From the sequence record NC_019929.1: a DNA stretch of 64,000 nucleotides; one strand, 5' to 3'. Position numbers and translations under genes: made by a program. The stretch's first letter is position 1, and each line of letters starts with the position of its first letter. The notes beneath the pieces were generated by a model. That model saw only the letters and a list, made by a program, of their open reading frames with translations. It ran no database searches and was not told the origin of the DNA. This document shows positions 63,896 to 64,000 of the stretch, piece after piece.

Positions 63896-64000
63896 TGCGA
63901 TTTAACCCCGCTTGTATTACACGATTCATGTACTGGTAAGCGTCATAGCCAATGACTTCGGCCAGACGGTTACAGCCCGAGTTCAACACATCTATGGCAT
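63888..64000 (-). CDS. 3' end of upstream gene of radical SAM operon (truncated by window)
   Basis: Open frame ...AIDVLNSGCNRLAEVIGYDAYQYMNRVIQAGLNRNA-stop, overlapping the rSAM start by 8 nt. Confidence 0.6.
   Translation of the reverse strand, partial: AIDVLNSGCNRLAEVIGYDAYQYMNRVIQAGLNRNA

Noticed and set aside
1-64000. CRISPR arrays, tRNAs, introns/inteins, IS elements
   Set aside because: No regularly spaced repeats, TTCGAATC-type T-arms in a cloverleaf context, homing endonuclease, intein or transposase motifs were found by eye

Overview
A 64-kb gene-dense segment of a phiKZ-related jumbo phage (nucleus-forming Chimalliviridae type; gene order most like the SPN3US/phiEaH2 group of enterobacterial phages, host possibly Erwinia-like). 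Four zones are visible. (1) 1-11.7 kb, core block: N-terminal half of the split non-virion RNA polymerase beta subunit, portal (minus strand), virion proteins and a RuvC-like resolvase. (2) 11.8-39.6 kb, accessory/early region of about 50 small genes in short transcription units with recurring promoter and leader motifs and UUCG-type terminators. It includes four GNAT-fold genes, a SLOG/DprA-like protein, two paralogous head proteins, thymidylate kinase, an XRE regulator, Dam methylase, a 2OG-Fe(II)-like protein, an apparently inactive prohead-protease paralogue and a QueC-like PP-loop protein. (3) 39.7-61.3 kb, late structural/lysis region: an AmsF/WceF-like tailspike-fold protein, seven tandem two-domain paralogues, a thrice-repeated three-gene module whose nine products share one putative ligand-binding domain, a GH108 endolysin followed by two tiny cationic peptides, a DUF1353 protein, a lipoprotein and two short paralogues. 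(4) 61.3-64 kb, a minus-strand operon with a radical SAM/SPASM enzyme and a DUF4376-like protein. No tRNA, rRNA, CRISPR array, reverse transcriptase, integrase or IS was seen. All assignments come from motifs recognised by eye and recalled family knowledge; no database search or structure prediction was run.
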